64,000 nucleotides of DNA from Dimorphilus gyrociliatus. Taxonomy: Eukaryota > Animalia > Annelida. Under the pieces are notes generated by a model that searched no databases, was not told where the DNA came from, and worked only from the letters and a program-made list of their open reading frames with translations. Below are positions 25,333-39,256 of this stretch, piece after piece (within the stretch, counting starts at the first letter, position 1; each line of letters opens with the position of its first letter). The stretch spans positions 558,001 to 622,000 of the forward strand of contig CAJFCJ010000002.1 in assembly GCA_904063045.1 (NCBI GenBank), in the 5' to 3' direction. The translations under genes were made by a program, and so were the position numbers.

Positions 25333-28300
25333 TTAAGATGTTTTGTCTTCGCCCGCTTTAAGTCCGCTTTTTTCCGTCATCTCCACATCCTCCGAATGAG
25401 ACATACCGTCCTCTTTTTTTAAAGTTTCGTTAACTAGATTCACAGCCTCCTGTTAAAGTTTGTTTTGAAATATTACCAATTGTGAATATAGAACAAGGAA
25501 TGTTTGAAAATACATCATGTCATGTCATTTGATATTCTTAAAACACGGCCTGTTCAAGTAAAATGTAAAGTCCCTAAAAATCGGTGTCCAACACAAGACA
25601 GATACAAGTTCAAGACAACCTAATTTTGACCTTACTGTTCCATAGAAAGATTAAGACAAATTATCTCCGATCAATTTCATTTCAGATACAGATAATTTGA
25701 TAGAGATTATGAAATGTCACAAAAGTTTTAAACAACATCCTACAATTCTTACGTAATTTGACTTGAACAGCTTTCTGTTATCTGGATGCTGATTGGATTT
25801 ATTGAACTATTTAACTGTGGATTTTGCGAATAGTCTTCAACGAATACCTATTTCAATTAAATTGGTAATGCTTCTGTAATTATTATCTTTCGAAAAAACG
25901 ATCTTCGGCTGAAAAAAAAAAGATAAATCAAGAAATGTTCCTACCAAGAGACTTTTATTCATAAAATAAGGCTTTTCTTCACTTCCATCATTTATACGCA
26001 TATCTTCACAGAAACATAACAGTAAAGAATCGATTACCATCTGTAAGGATTATATAAAAAACGGACTATAAAATTCAAATGAAAAATGTAGCAAGAATAC
26101 TAACATCATAGACTGATAAGAAGCAGTGAGCTATCAAAAAGCTAAAAACGCACATAAAAACTACTGGTATACCCCATAATTCCAGATCATCTCTTGAACC
26201 CTTGATTGTCAGCAATAAAATTACTAATTAAATTAATGAAAATATACTAACCACATCAACTCCACGAACAAACTGAAATAAAATATTTTTAATGGAATAT
26301 TCCTAAACTTCAGAACTAAAATTTACCTTTAGCCAAACAATAGTTACACCAACACCAATAGCAGTTATACCGATTTTACCGAGAAACAAAATAAAATTAC
26401 CCACGCAATTGATAGCAGAAACTCTCAAAATGTTTGATGCAATTATCTTTAGAGCTATGCAAGCTGATTTACAAAAATTTGTTTTCCTAATTGCTGTAAG
26501 AAAATTCTAACTCTCTCTTTGTTAATGTGAAATAAGAGAATAACAAACTGATGATTGTGTAAGCATTCTCATTTAAAAATTTCAAAGCCTTTTCTAAGCA
26601 CCAGAGACAGCACTGGCAACATTTCAACATAAATTCTGCACATTTTGTTTTTTTCCCTCTGGTTCTTTTATATTACATCATTTTAGGAATGCTATGACAT
26701 AAAAATATTACTAACTTTTGATCGATATACATAAGAATAGCTCGAGGTAATTTGACAAGCAAGATGATGAAAGAGCCAAAAGCAACTGATCCTAAATGAA
26801 ATAAGATTAGATTTTTTGTCGATCGCAAGACTCGAAAGGTTGCAAATTCTTTTTCTCTGAAAGAATTTCAAAAATTGTAGTAAATATATCTTTAAATTTT
26901 GAAGATAGTCACCTATCAAAATACCAATCTGTTACAGTTCCAGCGACAACCATTTGTTGGCAGGCAATAATAAATTCACAAATCCATATCAAAGCAACAA
27001 AATAGTAAGCGTAGAAAATAGTTAGCTTTGTATCTCTTTTAAATTCAACCGTCATTGTGTCATTTCTATACTTTGGCGGCTCTGTTAAAAGTCAAAAATT
27101 AAAACAAGCAAGTGATAAAGAAAAATTTACCAGATGAAACAAGAAAAGCCATGCTCATTGCCCAAAACAAGAGATATACACCCAAGACAAGAAGAGTCCA
27201 CACAGGCTGAAATAACAATGTCGGAGTGTTCATAAAAACTTTTCCAGCTTCATGAAATAATGCAGCCACTAATCTTATCCTTTTGAACATAACAACTACT
27301 ATTAAAATTAAAATGATCTGTATTTATGATAAAAAAAGATTAAAACAATGCTTCAAGATAATTAGTCAATCAACCGTGCAAATGGAAAAAAATATCCCAA
27401 GGCCAAGAAACACTTTTTTATTTGATACGTCTAAGTTTATAAATGGGATTGAGTAATCTTTTAATTTTTCTTCTCTTTTTATAATATCATAAAATTTCCA
27501 CCATACAAATAATGTACCAGCTGTAGGATAAAAATGACTTAAAGTACCTTTTTTTCACTCTATGTGACATACCTATAGCACCAACAACAGCTATTATCAT
27601 AGACAAATAGGCTACAACTGAAGCAATGAATCTTAATATAAAAACGAAAATAAAGGCTAGAACTGAAAGAAGTTTTGACAGATTAGAATATAAAATTTTT
27701 ACTTTTTAATTTTAGTAACCTATAGTAATTGCGCAGACAATCAGTACTTCTTTCCACTTTTTTACGAAATCTAGGACACTTTCTCTTAGAAATTCGCTAA
27801 CTTCACTAAAGTATTCGGTAAGAACATTTCCCAATCTTGTTCTATTGGCTTGATCTAAAGTTTTCTTTGCTTTTAGCAAATCGGGTACACATCGACTTAA
27901 GATTGACGTGCTAAAGAATTGTGAAAATATAATTTTTCCATATTTAATACCGTACTGGATGTAAATACCTTGCAAGTACAGGCAAACTAGGGCAGGGGCC
28001 TAATTTTCCGTTAGCTTGGCTTTCGTATTCATCAACATCAGTTTCATAAGTACAAAGATTTGAATCTGCTTTTTCTGCGAAATTTTTAATGTCCTTGTTG
28101 CTGCTCAAAGTTGATTCTGGACACTTTTTGACGCATAAAGAGATTGCAGATTTGAAATTCTTTATGTCAAGAAAAAATACTTTTCTGAAAAGTAAAAAAT
28201 TTGTGACAAAATTAAAATGTGGCTTTTAAAGGAATATTCATAAAATAAAAAATGTATACGTTTTATCGGTCATATCTCTGCCATTGTTAGAAATATTGAA

Positions 28301-28853
28301 TTTTTGTAGTGACTCAATTTTAGAATTTTTACGACCACAAGTATTTCCATAGCTGTCATAACCATAGTACAGTCTGTAAATATCTCCATTAATAAAAGCA
28401 TGTGCAGCTATGTAGCCCTAAAAAAATTATCTTTAGTTTTCAAAGTAGGAAAGCTATCACCTGACTTACCATTCCTCCAACAAAGACAAGAAAGATTAGG
28501 CAACAAGGAATATCTGTAAATCCTTGTTTTTGTACTTTAAGAGATTCTTTGGGTAGGCCATTCCCATCCTAATCGTAAAATTCCCCAATTAGTAACATTT
28601 GAGTGATTACATCGCAGAAATACAACAAAGAATAAATTTGAAAAGAAATTTCTATTTGTTATATATTTCTTAGATAATTACTAATTACGTATACTTTATG
28701 AGCAATTGGGTCACACAGTGTCTTCAAGTTAAACAAAAGCACTTCCTGATTCAAACTATAGTTATTATTTTCAGATTCAATTGCATTTCTTTTCATATTG
28801 TACTACTCTAAATTAACGAAATAGCTTACCGATTCCTCACCGCAACAAGTCAT
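25333..28853 (-). CDS. SLC44A1: Choline transporter-like protein 1 (SLC44A1/CTL1), multi-exon
   Basis: MTCCG start (ATG 28853), [65 protein letters not shown], and stop at 25333. All segments match CTL1. Confidence 0.92.
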
Positions 28854-29550
28854 TTTGGAAGATGATGTAGAAATTATCTAGTACTAAGAAAAATACATTA
28901 TAATAAAATATCGGTTAATGATGAGGTCTAATTTGATAATTTAATAGCTTAGTTTGCTAAAGAAAATAGTGAATATTTTCGAATAAAAAGAAACCTTCTC
29001 CACTGCATTCAAAGGCTGAAAGTGAGAGAGACTACTCTAAACTTGAAGTAAATAGAGCGAAAAAATTAATTTCAACAAATTCTTGTAATATCGCTCAGAA
29101 TGCAGTTATATAATATCTAGTTTAGAATCTCAATCTTATTGTAATTGCATTCTATTCTTAAGTTCAGCGGTAATAACAGATAGCGGATTTACCTGATTTG
29201 TAAAGTTGCAAGGTAAAAAAAAATACCTATTTTTTTTTGGAAAAACACTGAGCGAAATACTCAATAATAAAACTGGAGAAATCTGGTAGACTATAATTGG
29301 CATCTAGTTCAAAATTTTGCTTCATTTTCTCTTGAAGTACGTTAAAATTTATGAAAGCAAGGAGTTATTATCTAATAACTATTATCTAATATTTCTTACT
29401 TGTCAGACAGTTTTAGAGGAATCACTCATATTTGTAAAGCACAAATGATGTATTTAAAGATAAAGCATTTTGCAAAGAAACAAAAAACATTAAAACTACG
29501 TGTAAAATGTTTTTATATTATGATAACAACAAGAAAACACTTCATGTTTT

Positions 29551-30047
29551 TCATAAGACAATACAGCCACTTTTTTCCCGATAAGGATTACTGAAATTTA
29601 AAAATAATTTTGTCAATTAATCTAAATTATTTAGACAATATTAACTTTAACTTCAATTACATGGTAGGTACATATCTACTTACTCGCTCAATTTGCGAAA
29701 TCCGCTTATCATGACATCTTTCTCCGCTTGCTCCTCACAAAACTGTTATTTAAAATGTATCATATATGTTCATATTTATATACACATATACACTGCTATA
29801 TTGAAACATAGAAGATATAAGATACTTACCTTAATCATTTCTTCGATAGCGACAGACGCTGATTTTCTGGGAATTTGGGCCTCATTTCTTAATTGGGCGT
29901 TTATTTTCTGTTGCTCTGCGACAGATTTCTCATATCGACTATTCTATAAGGCGATTTTTCATATTAATGTTATTTATGGTCGTTATATTATCATTAAATG
30001 TAAATTTATAAGATGTATCTTACGTATTCACCGCCTGCTGTAGCCAT
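29551..30047 (-). CDS. Heterotrimeric G-protein gamma subunit, 78 aa (not in ORF track)
   Basis: Exons 30047-30024, 29943-29830, 29742-29684 and 29590-29551 total 237 nt: MATAGGEYNSRYEKSVAEQQKINAQLRNEAQIPRKSASVAIEEMIKFCEEQAEKDVMISGFRKLSDNPYREKSGCIVL. This is a GGL domain with NPY and a CAAX box (CIVL). Confidence 0.93.
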
Positions 30048-30579
30048 ATTTCTTCAACAGGTAGATGCCGCAACATTAAATAGGAAACTGTATAATTTTA
30101 ATAAATATCAACGTTTTTAATAACCCGACACACTATAAGCTATGATCGGTGAATCGTGATGAGATTATTACAGCACGACCTGTGCCAGCATGGAGTGTGT
30201 GTAATGATGTATTCGCATGTATATATTGACTCTTAGGCCTACGGTAGAAAAAAGAGCATCAGATTTAATTTAATGAAAACTTTTATGTAAAAAAACCTTG
30301 ACAACGTTCAGACAGCGTATTTTGTCAAAGCATAAATGAGTATGGATAATTGAGTCTTGTTCCATTGTTTGTTCATTATAGAAACTGTAATGATACATTG
30401 GTTTTTCTGTTTTAGCTGCCATATGAGGATAAAATATATGGTATCTAATAATATTTCTAACACGAAAGACGAAGTCAAGAAAAATATAACAATTCTGGAA
30501 GATGGCGCTTAAGACGTCTTCGTGGCGCTGGAGCAGCATTCGACAATAGTGAATCATTATTAACATCCAATATATTACA

Positions 30580-33500
30580 ATGATTACATGCAGCCTCCAA
30601 CTTTGGATGTTATTCTTCAGCCTCTGCACATTTGTTTTCTGTAATAGAAAGGGGTTCTACAATTTCTGTGTGTCTAAAGACAAGTTTATGCCTATAACAT
30701 TGGATTGTGATGGTAGAGCTTTCCAGACAGGGAATATAGAACAGTTTAATCAAGTAGAACATCATCCTATCACGAAATTGTAAGTATTTTCTGCGTCAGA
30801 GCAATTCTTAAAGTTATAATGAAAGCTAATATTTTTATTCTTGTTAAAGCCGGAATTTTTAAAGTAATTTAGAGAATGAAATATTTAATTTCCTTTCTAA
30901 TACAAAACTGTTAATGCTATTAAAAATTTATCATTCAAATTATTATTATAGCAGAGTAGAGTTTCACTATACTTAACTAACAAGTTTTTAAACTTTTAAA
31001 GTAAAGCCACCTGAGACCCTTAACACTTTCTCAGTAAAAACAAATTTTTAACCAAATATTAGAAACTTTCGAAAACCATAACAACAGCTTAAGAAATCCT
31101 AATATTAGCCGGAAAAGTCAGAATACAACAGGATAATTTCAATTATTTCCTATTGAATTATAAAAATACAAAATTTTTCGAGAGCTTGATATATACAAGT
31201 ATATATTAATTCATTTTCGCCAAAAATTGGCTTTAATTCTTACCTTATTGTCAAATCCGAACTATATTTAGGACATATTGTGCTTGTCGCTTATTTTAGA
31301 TTATTTTAAGTAATTAGGTCACCACAAAGTGTATTTCCATAATTGCATGCCACTTCTCCCTACCAATCTTAGAACCTTCTATTTATCTACATCAAAAGAC
31401 AAAAGCTTTTCACTTTGATATATGGTAAATACTTTGCAAAGATATCGATATTTCCATTGACAATCTCTCTACATTTATTTAGAAACAGTAGCTGGGCGAA
31501 ATATAGTTGTTATATACTCTTCTAGCAAATAAATGCGTCTCTACTTTAAAGCTTAAGATAGATACTGTAAAAAGATTTTTAAATGTACTCATAAAGTAAT
31601 TTTAACTAAATAAATGTAATTATAAATTTAAGATTACGTGGCTTTACTGTAGTTAATTATGAAAGCACTAGAGACACTTACATGTTAAAAAAATTTATCG
31701 AAAAAGATGATTAGGTTGAGAGAAGTGTTATCTTATAAGTGTGTACTTGACAAACTAGTAGAATGAAAATTATAATATATATTTTCATGTTTTCTTTTCC
31801 CTCTTAGCTTTAACAGTTTGATCTAAATATATATCTAGATATCTAAGCTTGAGTTTCAATTTTATATTTCTATTACCATAAATGACTAGGCAGATTTCAA
31901 ACAATAAATAATCTTCTTGTTTTTAGAATTCTTAGAAATGTTGGTCAAAATATAAGTATAGTACCAAGAAAACTAATGAATTCATTAAAGGAACTGTAAG
32001 TTTCAAATGGATGACTTTTTCTTATTTGATCTCATACAAATTTTCGATACAGGATTATTACAAATCATACTATTACTCACTTACGACCAAAAGATGTCAA
32101 AAATTTTTCCAAGCTCAAATATTTGTAAGCAAAGTCTACAATATTGAAGAAATTTCTGATTTCTGATTATTTTTACGATTCTAATTAGTGAACTAATAAA
32201 AGGGCCTTTGATGTTTTTGGAAAAGGATGTGTTTAAAGCAATGACCAATCTTGAAAAACTGTAAGTTTCTATTTTTTCAATAAACCTTTCTTCTTGTCCA
32301 GTGCCTTTCCGTAATATATAAAGAGATAGTTTTCACTTAGAAGAAGAATATTATGTCATATTCAATACTGCATGTGATTATATATAAATAAATATGGAAA
32401 ATATGATACTTATAAATATATATATAATCAACCAATGGGAGTTAATGCTAAATGAAAAAAATAACACGTCTTGCATAATGCTTGGCTTTAGACATTAGTG
32501 TGATTGAAGAGAATGATTTTTGTTCGTTAGATGTATGACTCAGAAACTCGTAATAGATTCTTCAGTCAGCGCAGCCATGTATAAGAGGCTATATATTTCC
32601 ATCTTTGTAGAAATTGTGATTATTAAAGTATATTTCTTGTGACAGAAATCTAGAGGAAAATCGTTTGAGCGAGATCAATGGGCTGAGAGGATTACAAAAT
32701 TTAGAACATTTAAAACTTTCTTCAAATTTGTTTACGAAAATACCAAATATTTCTCTCTTAAAGAAACTACATACATTGTAAATAATTCTATTTACCTAGA
32801 TAATATCTGACATTTTGATTGATTATAGGGATATTTCAAGTAACACGCTAAGACAATTAGAAAAAATCGTTCTTTCAAGTCCACATGTATCACTGAAAAA
32901 CTTGTGAGTAACTATTAATATTTGTATCTTATCATTAATCTGTCAAGAATAACATTTCTCTCAAGGTTATTGAAAAACTGCAGTATTTCAGAAATTTCCG
33001 ACTTAATGTTTAAAGATTTCCCCCAACTCGAGCGTGTGTAAGTTTTATCAATTTGTCCTATTATTTTTAGAAATATAGAAAAGATTCATAGTACTTAAAT
33101 GGCAAACAGAAATTAGTCTTATTTCCTTGATCATAAAATAACTCAATTTTCCAGAGATCTTCAGTTCAACATGTTAAATAATATTCCTACTTCTATAAGG
33201 TTCCTTCAAAATTTATATTACCTGTAAGATTCTTTGTGTTTTTGTACTTGTCAAGTAAAATAGATATCCTTTTGTTTTAGCGATCTATCGAATAATCGAA
33301 TCACCAAGATATCAAACAATTCGTTCCACAATAATGCACATCTTGAACACCTGTCTATTGAATCGAATGTAATCGAAGTAATGGAAACTTATTCATTAGT
33401 TCCGCTAATAAATTTAAAGATACTGTGAGTTTTTAATACGGGGAATAATAAGATTCTGACAGGAAAAATGATTTGAATATTTTTCAAGGAGTATTTCGAA

Positions 33501-36144
33501 TACAAAAGAGAGTATATCGTTGCCTATCCTTCCTCAGAACACAAGAATGACAGATCTTCAAGTGGTTGGTTGCGAGCTAACTTTCATTCCCCACGATTTA
33601 TGCCAAAAATTGCCTTCACTTGAAAAAATGTAAGAGTGTAATGTTAGTTATTGATCAAACCTATAAAAACCCATTGATGCATACTAAATAGTCGTCTTCA
33701 CCACAACAAAATTATTAATATATCTTTTGTTGGAAAATGTACTAATCTTACGACTCTGTAAGTATTTTATAAAGATGCTGATATCTTCTATAACATAATA
33801 TTGATTAAATTTTCTTTGAAATATAAATTTTTTCCTGTTCAAACTGTTAACAGAGATGCTACACGTAATCGTATTAAGATTTTGGATGAGAAGTCATTTG
33901 TAAATCTCACTGAGCTTTTAGATCTTGTGTTACGACGAAACTTGATTGAAACCATTGACAAAAAAATTTTTTCTAATTTAAGAAATTTGGAATTACTGTA
34001 AGCTGCAGGTTCTTTTGGATTTTGCTTTCATATGATAACATTATATTTCAGAAATCTAGCAGAAAATAAAATTACATATATTCATCCAAAGGCTTTTATA
34101 AATTTAGCTAAATTGAAAAAATTGTAAGTGCTAATCACTTTTACAACAACTAATTAACATTTTTGCAATAGATACCTTGAAAAAAATTCTTTGAAAAGTC
34201 TTTCTTGGGAAGGATTACAATCACTATCAACACTAGTAGCAAGTGGAAATGAGAATCTTTTAACATTTCCGGGACCTGAAAAATTCCCAAAACTTGAGAA
34301 AATCAAAGTGCCATATGTGTACCATTGCTGTGAATACATAAAAGAAAATGAGAGTAGAATAAGACCCTATGTTAGTCTGAAATTTTCATTCTAATAAATT
34401 ACTACTACGAATACTAACACTAAAACTAAACTATAAAGAAAACGAATTCTGATTAAAACAGAATTCTCCTAAATTTATTGACTTTTTTAAATTTCAGTTT
34501 GAAAATCTAAAAAACTTAGATGTTGCTGAAAGCTTCACTTATGAGGATTCAGATCACGAGTCATCATTGCAATTTAATCATGCACCAAAAAGTACTTTGT
34601 AAGATCATTGTAAATTATTTCTAAACTTTAAATTTTTCCAGATGAATCTCTAAATGATAAGTATCCTGAATATAATTATCGCAACAACGGTGAGCAATTT
34701 ATTCCAAGCAACCAGTTTAAACCTTTAATTTATTGTTCACCGCAACCAGGTAATTCAAAAAAGAAATATAAAAAAGTAATACTATTTAAAAGTTGTTATA
34801 ACTGAAATTCTATAATTTTTAATAGATGTATTTCACCCTTGTACCGACCTCTTAAGTTGGTGGGCTCTTCGTTGCGGTTCATGGACGGTTTTTTTATTAG
34901 CTTTGCTTGGGAATTGTAAGACCTAAGAGATTTAATTGTTGATTATCATCCACAATTTAATTTCAGGTGCAGTTCTCACTGTTAATATATTCGGCAGAAG
35001 CCGAATGGACGTTCCAAGATTTTTAATTTGCAATCTTGCTGCTGCTGATTTATGTATGGGAGTATACTTAGGTTTCCTGGCCGTTGAAGATGCTTTTACG
35101 CTAGGAGAATTTAAACGATATGGGATATCATGGCAACAGTCCATTGCCTGCTCTACAGCGGGATTTTTAGCTGTTTTTTCGAGTGAACTATCAGTTTTCA
35201 CTTTAGCTGTAATAACTCTAGAGAGACTTTATGCTATCACTCATGCTGTACATTTAAATAAGCGTCTCTCTCTACGTAGAGCTACTTATATTATGGTCAT
35301 TGGTTGGATTATTGCTGTTATTATTGGTAGTTTACCTTTATTTGGAATTAGTGACTACAGAACTTTCGCCGTTTGTTTACCGTTTGATGTTTCTGATTAC
35401 AAGTCAAAGGCATACGTTTGCTCTATTCTAGTTTTAAACTGTTCAGCTTTTTTTGTCATTTTAGCAAGTTATACTAAAATGTACTATTCGATTCGTGGCT
35501 CACCTGCATGGAATTCCTCGGACTCAAGAGTCGCAAAACGAATGGCATTGCTTGTATTTACAGATTTCTTATGTTGGGCTCCAATTTCTTTCATTTCGTT
35601 GTCTGCAACCTTCCGTCTGAATTTTATTACACTGGAGCAAGCTAAAATTCTGACAATTTTCGTTCTTCCTCTAAATTCGTGTGCCAATCCTTTTTTATAC
35701 GCTATATTCACAAAGCAATTTGGCAAGGACTGTGTGCAATTATGTAGAAGAATAGAGGAAAGTTCTCTAAGTAGATCCTTGTCAAGACTCAATCAACGGC
35801 ATCTTTCGTCCTCTATGGATTCAAAGAGTTTACGAAGATTAACGAGTGCATCGTCCAGCATAAGAACGAGAAACCCCACTGACAAGAGTGACAAGTCTAC
35901 TTTAAGCTCCCAAGAATCACAGATCAAGTCAAAATGGTTAAATTTTAAATCAGCAAGGAGATGCTGGTTGAGAAAATTTTCAAGAAATAAAGAGGAAATA
36001 AGTTTACAAATGACCCGAAAGGTTAACAACAAATTTCCGTTGATTGTTTTTCAAGCCAGTCCTAAATCTTATCGGAGGACATACGATAGACATTTACAAA
36101 GTGAAAATGGCTCTATTTCTTATAGATTCGATGTCTCGTTATAA
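30580..36144 (+). CDS. rk: Bursicon receptor / rickets-type LGR (type B leucine-rich-repeat GPCR), 18 exons
   Basis: Signal exon 30580-30779, then a run of phase-2 LRR exons giving about 18 LRRs, hinge YVYHCC and FHPCTDLLSWWALRCGSW. The 7TM exon (34967-36144) has MDVPRFLICNLAAAD, ERLYAITHAVHLNKRLSL, DSRVAKRMALLVFTDF and LEQAKI..LPLNSCANPFLYAI, all closely matching Rickets. Confidence 0.93.
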
Positions 36145-36989
36145 ACAACATCGATCCCTGCTATCGACTATATCGCTCAAACTATAAGACAAAAATTATT
36201 GAGTTTTTCAGAATAAATAAAGCTAAATCATTAAAGAAAATTAGTTGTCTTTCAAAGTGGACAATTTAACCATACAATTTAATTTTGTATTAAAGCAAAG
36301 AAATAAATCTTAAATTTTAAAAAGAGACTAACAAGTTTTATATCATAGCTGACTCTCATTTGAAAAGCAGAAAAGATTACTTCTGTTTAAATCGTTAATC
36401 ATCAACATTTTACACATAAATTCATTCAGAACTTTTTCACACAGTTGCTAGAAAGCATGAAATTTCATTTAAAAAGATTTTCTTATTATTTTAGTGCTAG
36501 TAATTGTGTGAAAAATGTATGAAATTAAATTATCTTTTCATATTTTAAAGCTATTTAAAAAATAATTTCTTGATACGGCTCCATATAACAATTGGTATAA
36601 TGTAAAAAAATAATGAAAGATTCACTTAACAAGTAATTTTTTATAGATTAAAATTGTTTGTCATCGTGATCTTCCATATGCTTTTATCTACTATAAATAC
36701 ATTAGCATATACAAACTTCAAAGTAAAATTTAACTTATTCAATTCACAAACAAGTTTAAAATACTTAAGAAAATATAAAAATATAATTCGAATCGCATAT
36801 AAATCTTATTTATTCTAAATCAACACCAGGCGTCCGTAGTAACAATGTTTGATAATGTAATTCAAAAGATTCTTAGATTTTTATAGCTCACTAGTACCAT
36901 CTGTATTTTATCACTTTCAGATGTAGTAAAAATATTCTTTTAATTAATAAGTTTTTTTATTTCCTTTAATATCAGCAATTCTGTATTTG

Positions 36990-37759
36990 TTAATTCATCA
37001 GAGAAATGCAGATACACGATCAATGATAATGATGATAATCATGTATAAAAGTGAGGAAATAATTATAAACTATCTGCAGGGAAAAAACAATATTTTATTA
37101 TTGTATCTTACTGAACTGAGATACGGTTTTGCTGAATTTTTTGCAACATATACGTTGGTGATATTTAATAATTTCTCCAGAGACGCAAAACGAAATCTTT
37201 TCAAATAAAAAGGTTGATTGAGGAAATAAATGATCAATGAAGGTAAGAAATTCAACATGAAGAATAACATAAATAGCTTGTATTCAGCTTCTAATGCCCA
37301 TATCTTTATTAAGAAATGAAATTTTCTAAAGTAATTTCTTTGTTGTAACAAGCTAGTCAAATATTTAAAGTCAAATTTAAGTATAGATTTGATTAATATT
37401 TACATTATATCTATCTTTTGTCGAAAGTTTGGAGACTTTGTAAGAGATTTTATATATTTGTGGCTTATTCACAATATCATGTATTTGTGACTATTTATCA
37501 AAAAACTAACATTTATTCAATCATTCTCTTCATATATTTATTGAAATCGAATTTTCAAGATAAGGTAAAATCACTTTATTATTTTTTTATCAAGAAAACT
37601 TTTTACAATTGAAAACATGTAGTATTGTATTATAAGGCACTTCTTCCCGATACAGTATTGAAATTCATAAATCTCAAACACTAGCACTATAGGATATGAA
37701 GATAAAATTTCAAGGCTTATTAACAAATGAAGATGCGACAGTTTAGCTTGATCTCTCAT
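36990..37759 (-). pseudogene. Possible divergent or decayed Cid1-family poly(A)/poly(U) polymerase-like fragment
   Basis: Joining ORF 37759-37575 to the 37070-37360 frame via a phase-2 GT-AG gives ..ILSSYPIV..FLDKKIIKKFHFLIKIWA..LIIYFLNQP..ASLEKL..IVYNYF. This echoes VPIV..LDPR..LIK.WA..II.FLQ of TUTases/PAPs. No catalytic GS/DxD is found, and stops follow. Confidence 0.22.
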
Positions 37760-38025
37760 AGAGATTATTTTCTATATTATTAGTATGTATGATATTCTAT
37801 CCAAGGTAGTTTGACTTATTTCATTTTCTCCAACCAATTGTTAAAATCGATAACAAAATATGTAAAAATTTAAGAACTTGCTGATAGATGGAGTTTTACC
37901 AATGTAACACTGCAGCAAAGAAAATTTGCTTATCCAGAGGGCAATACTGCCGAGTAAATTTCATCTATGCTGGAAGCAAAACATTCTGGTTGATTTTCAA
38001 GAATAGATTTCCTAAACGACTAAAA

Positions 38026-38814
38026 ATGTTTATTAACACACTAATTCTTTTAATGGCGTATGTATCGCAAGGTAAAATGGATGATGAATGTGGGAAAAAT
38101 TACTATTCCATTAAACTGAAATACTGTAAACAATTAAATCTCTGTCGAACAGTGGCCTCAATGTGCAATTGCCCCAATGATGGTCGTATAGAATGCCCTG
38201 ACAACATATGTGTCCCAAATGGAGTTAAAGTTTTCAATTGCTTAAAATGGATTAAGAGAGCTTTTATGAAAATGTGCATATTGAATTTTACACGGTGTGA
38301 TGCTAGGAATAAGTGTGTTCGTGAGGGTGAATGTGTTTCTCCTTGCTCAGAGTCAGAAAAGGAATGTACAACAGGAACAAGAAGGTGTATAGATAGAAAA
38401 CGTGAATATTGCCCTGCAGAATCTTGCCCAGATTTTAAATATAAATGTGGCTATCAGTGCTCCATATTTCCATGTGAGAAGAGGTTTCAATTCATTGATA
38501 ATGGTGCAACTCAAGAACATCAAAATGAAAACGATCCCTATTTTATACTATTCTACATTTTCATACCAATATTAACAATTATTTATTCTTTTGTCTTGTG
38601 TTTAATGTGCCATAAAAGATGTAGACTATCAACAAACCGAACAAATGAAAACACCGTTCTTGGTCCACTACCCGAACTGCCATCTTTAACAATAAGAACT
38701 GAATCTTCAGCTATTTGCAACACTAACGAAAAATACAGACTGAGAGCTATTCCTTTATCATCACCACCATCTTATAGCGAGGCTATTAATTCAATGAGAC
38801 AGGGAAGTGTTTAA
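38026..38814 (+). CDS. Cys-rich type I membrane protein, paralog A (20-Cys ectodomain, PPSY tail), intronless CDS
   Basis: Signal peptide from M47 of the ORF (MFINTLILLMAYVSQG), 20 Cys, TM (FILFYIFIPILTIIYSFVLCLMC) and a PPSY motif. Confidence 0.85.
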   Translation: MFINTLILLMAYVSQGKMDDECGKNYYSIKLKYCKQLNLCRTVASMCNCPNDGRIECPDNICVPNGVKVFNCLKWIKRAFMKMCILNFTRCDARNKCVREGECVSPCSESEKECTTGTRRCIDRKREYCPAESCPDFKYKCGYQCSIFPCEKRFQFIDNGATQEHQNENDPYFILFYIFIPILTIIYSFVLCLMCHKRCRLSTNRTNENTVLGPLPELPSLTIRTESSAICNTNEKYRLRAIPLSSPPSYSEAINSMRQGSV

Positions 38815-39256
38815 GATTTCTAATTTTCGAAGTCTTTATTTTTAACCTAAATATACATTACTTTACGCAGCTCTTTTGTTTACCTGATTTAGCACATACG
38901 TCATTTGAATATAAACTCAGTGTGTATCATCTAGTGCGAACCTTAAATTACATGGCCTTTTTAAGTTGATGAGATTGTGTATGAGTAAAGAATTCATAAC
39001 GTCAACGTTTAAGTTAAAATATTTCACTGATGTTTTTAGTAGTGAATACAGTTTTCATAGAAAAATGAGCTATATTAGCTTTTCAAATGTTTTGATGAAA
39101 AATTACAGAATTAAAATCCTCATATAATCTATCTTGGTTATGCAATATATGATATGAATCAGATGGCATTACTGTTTAAGGTGAAGGACTTATAATATCT
39201 TACTGTTGAAAATATTCATTCCCTATTTCTTGTTTATTTTTTTGAATGTTTTTGGG

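Noticed and set aside
34932-36032. Minus-strand ORFs within the rickets 7TM exon
   Set aside because: Antisense shadows of a well-supported CDS.
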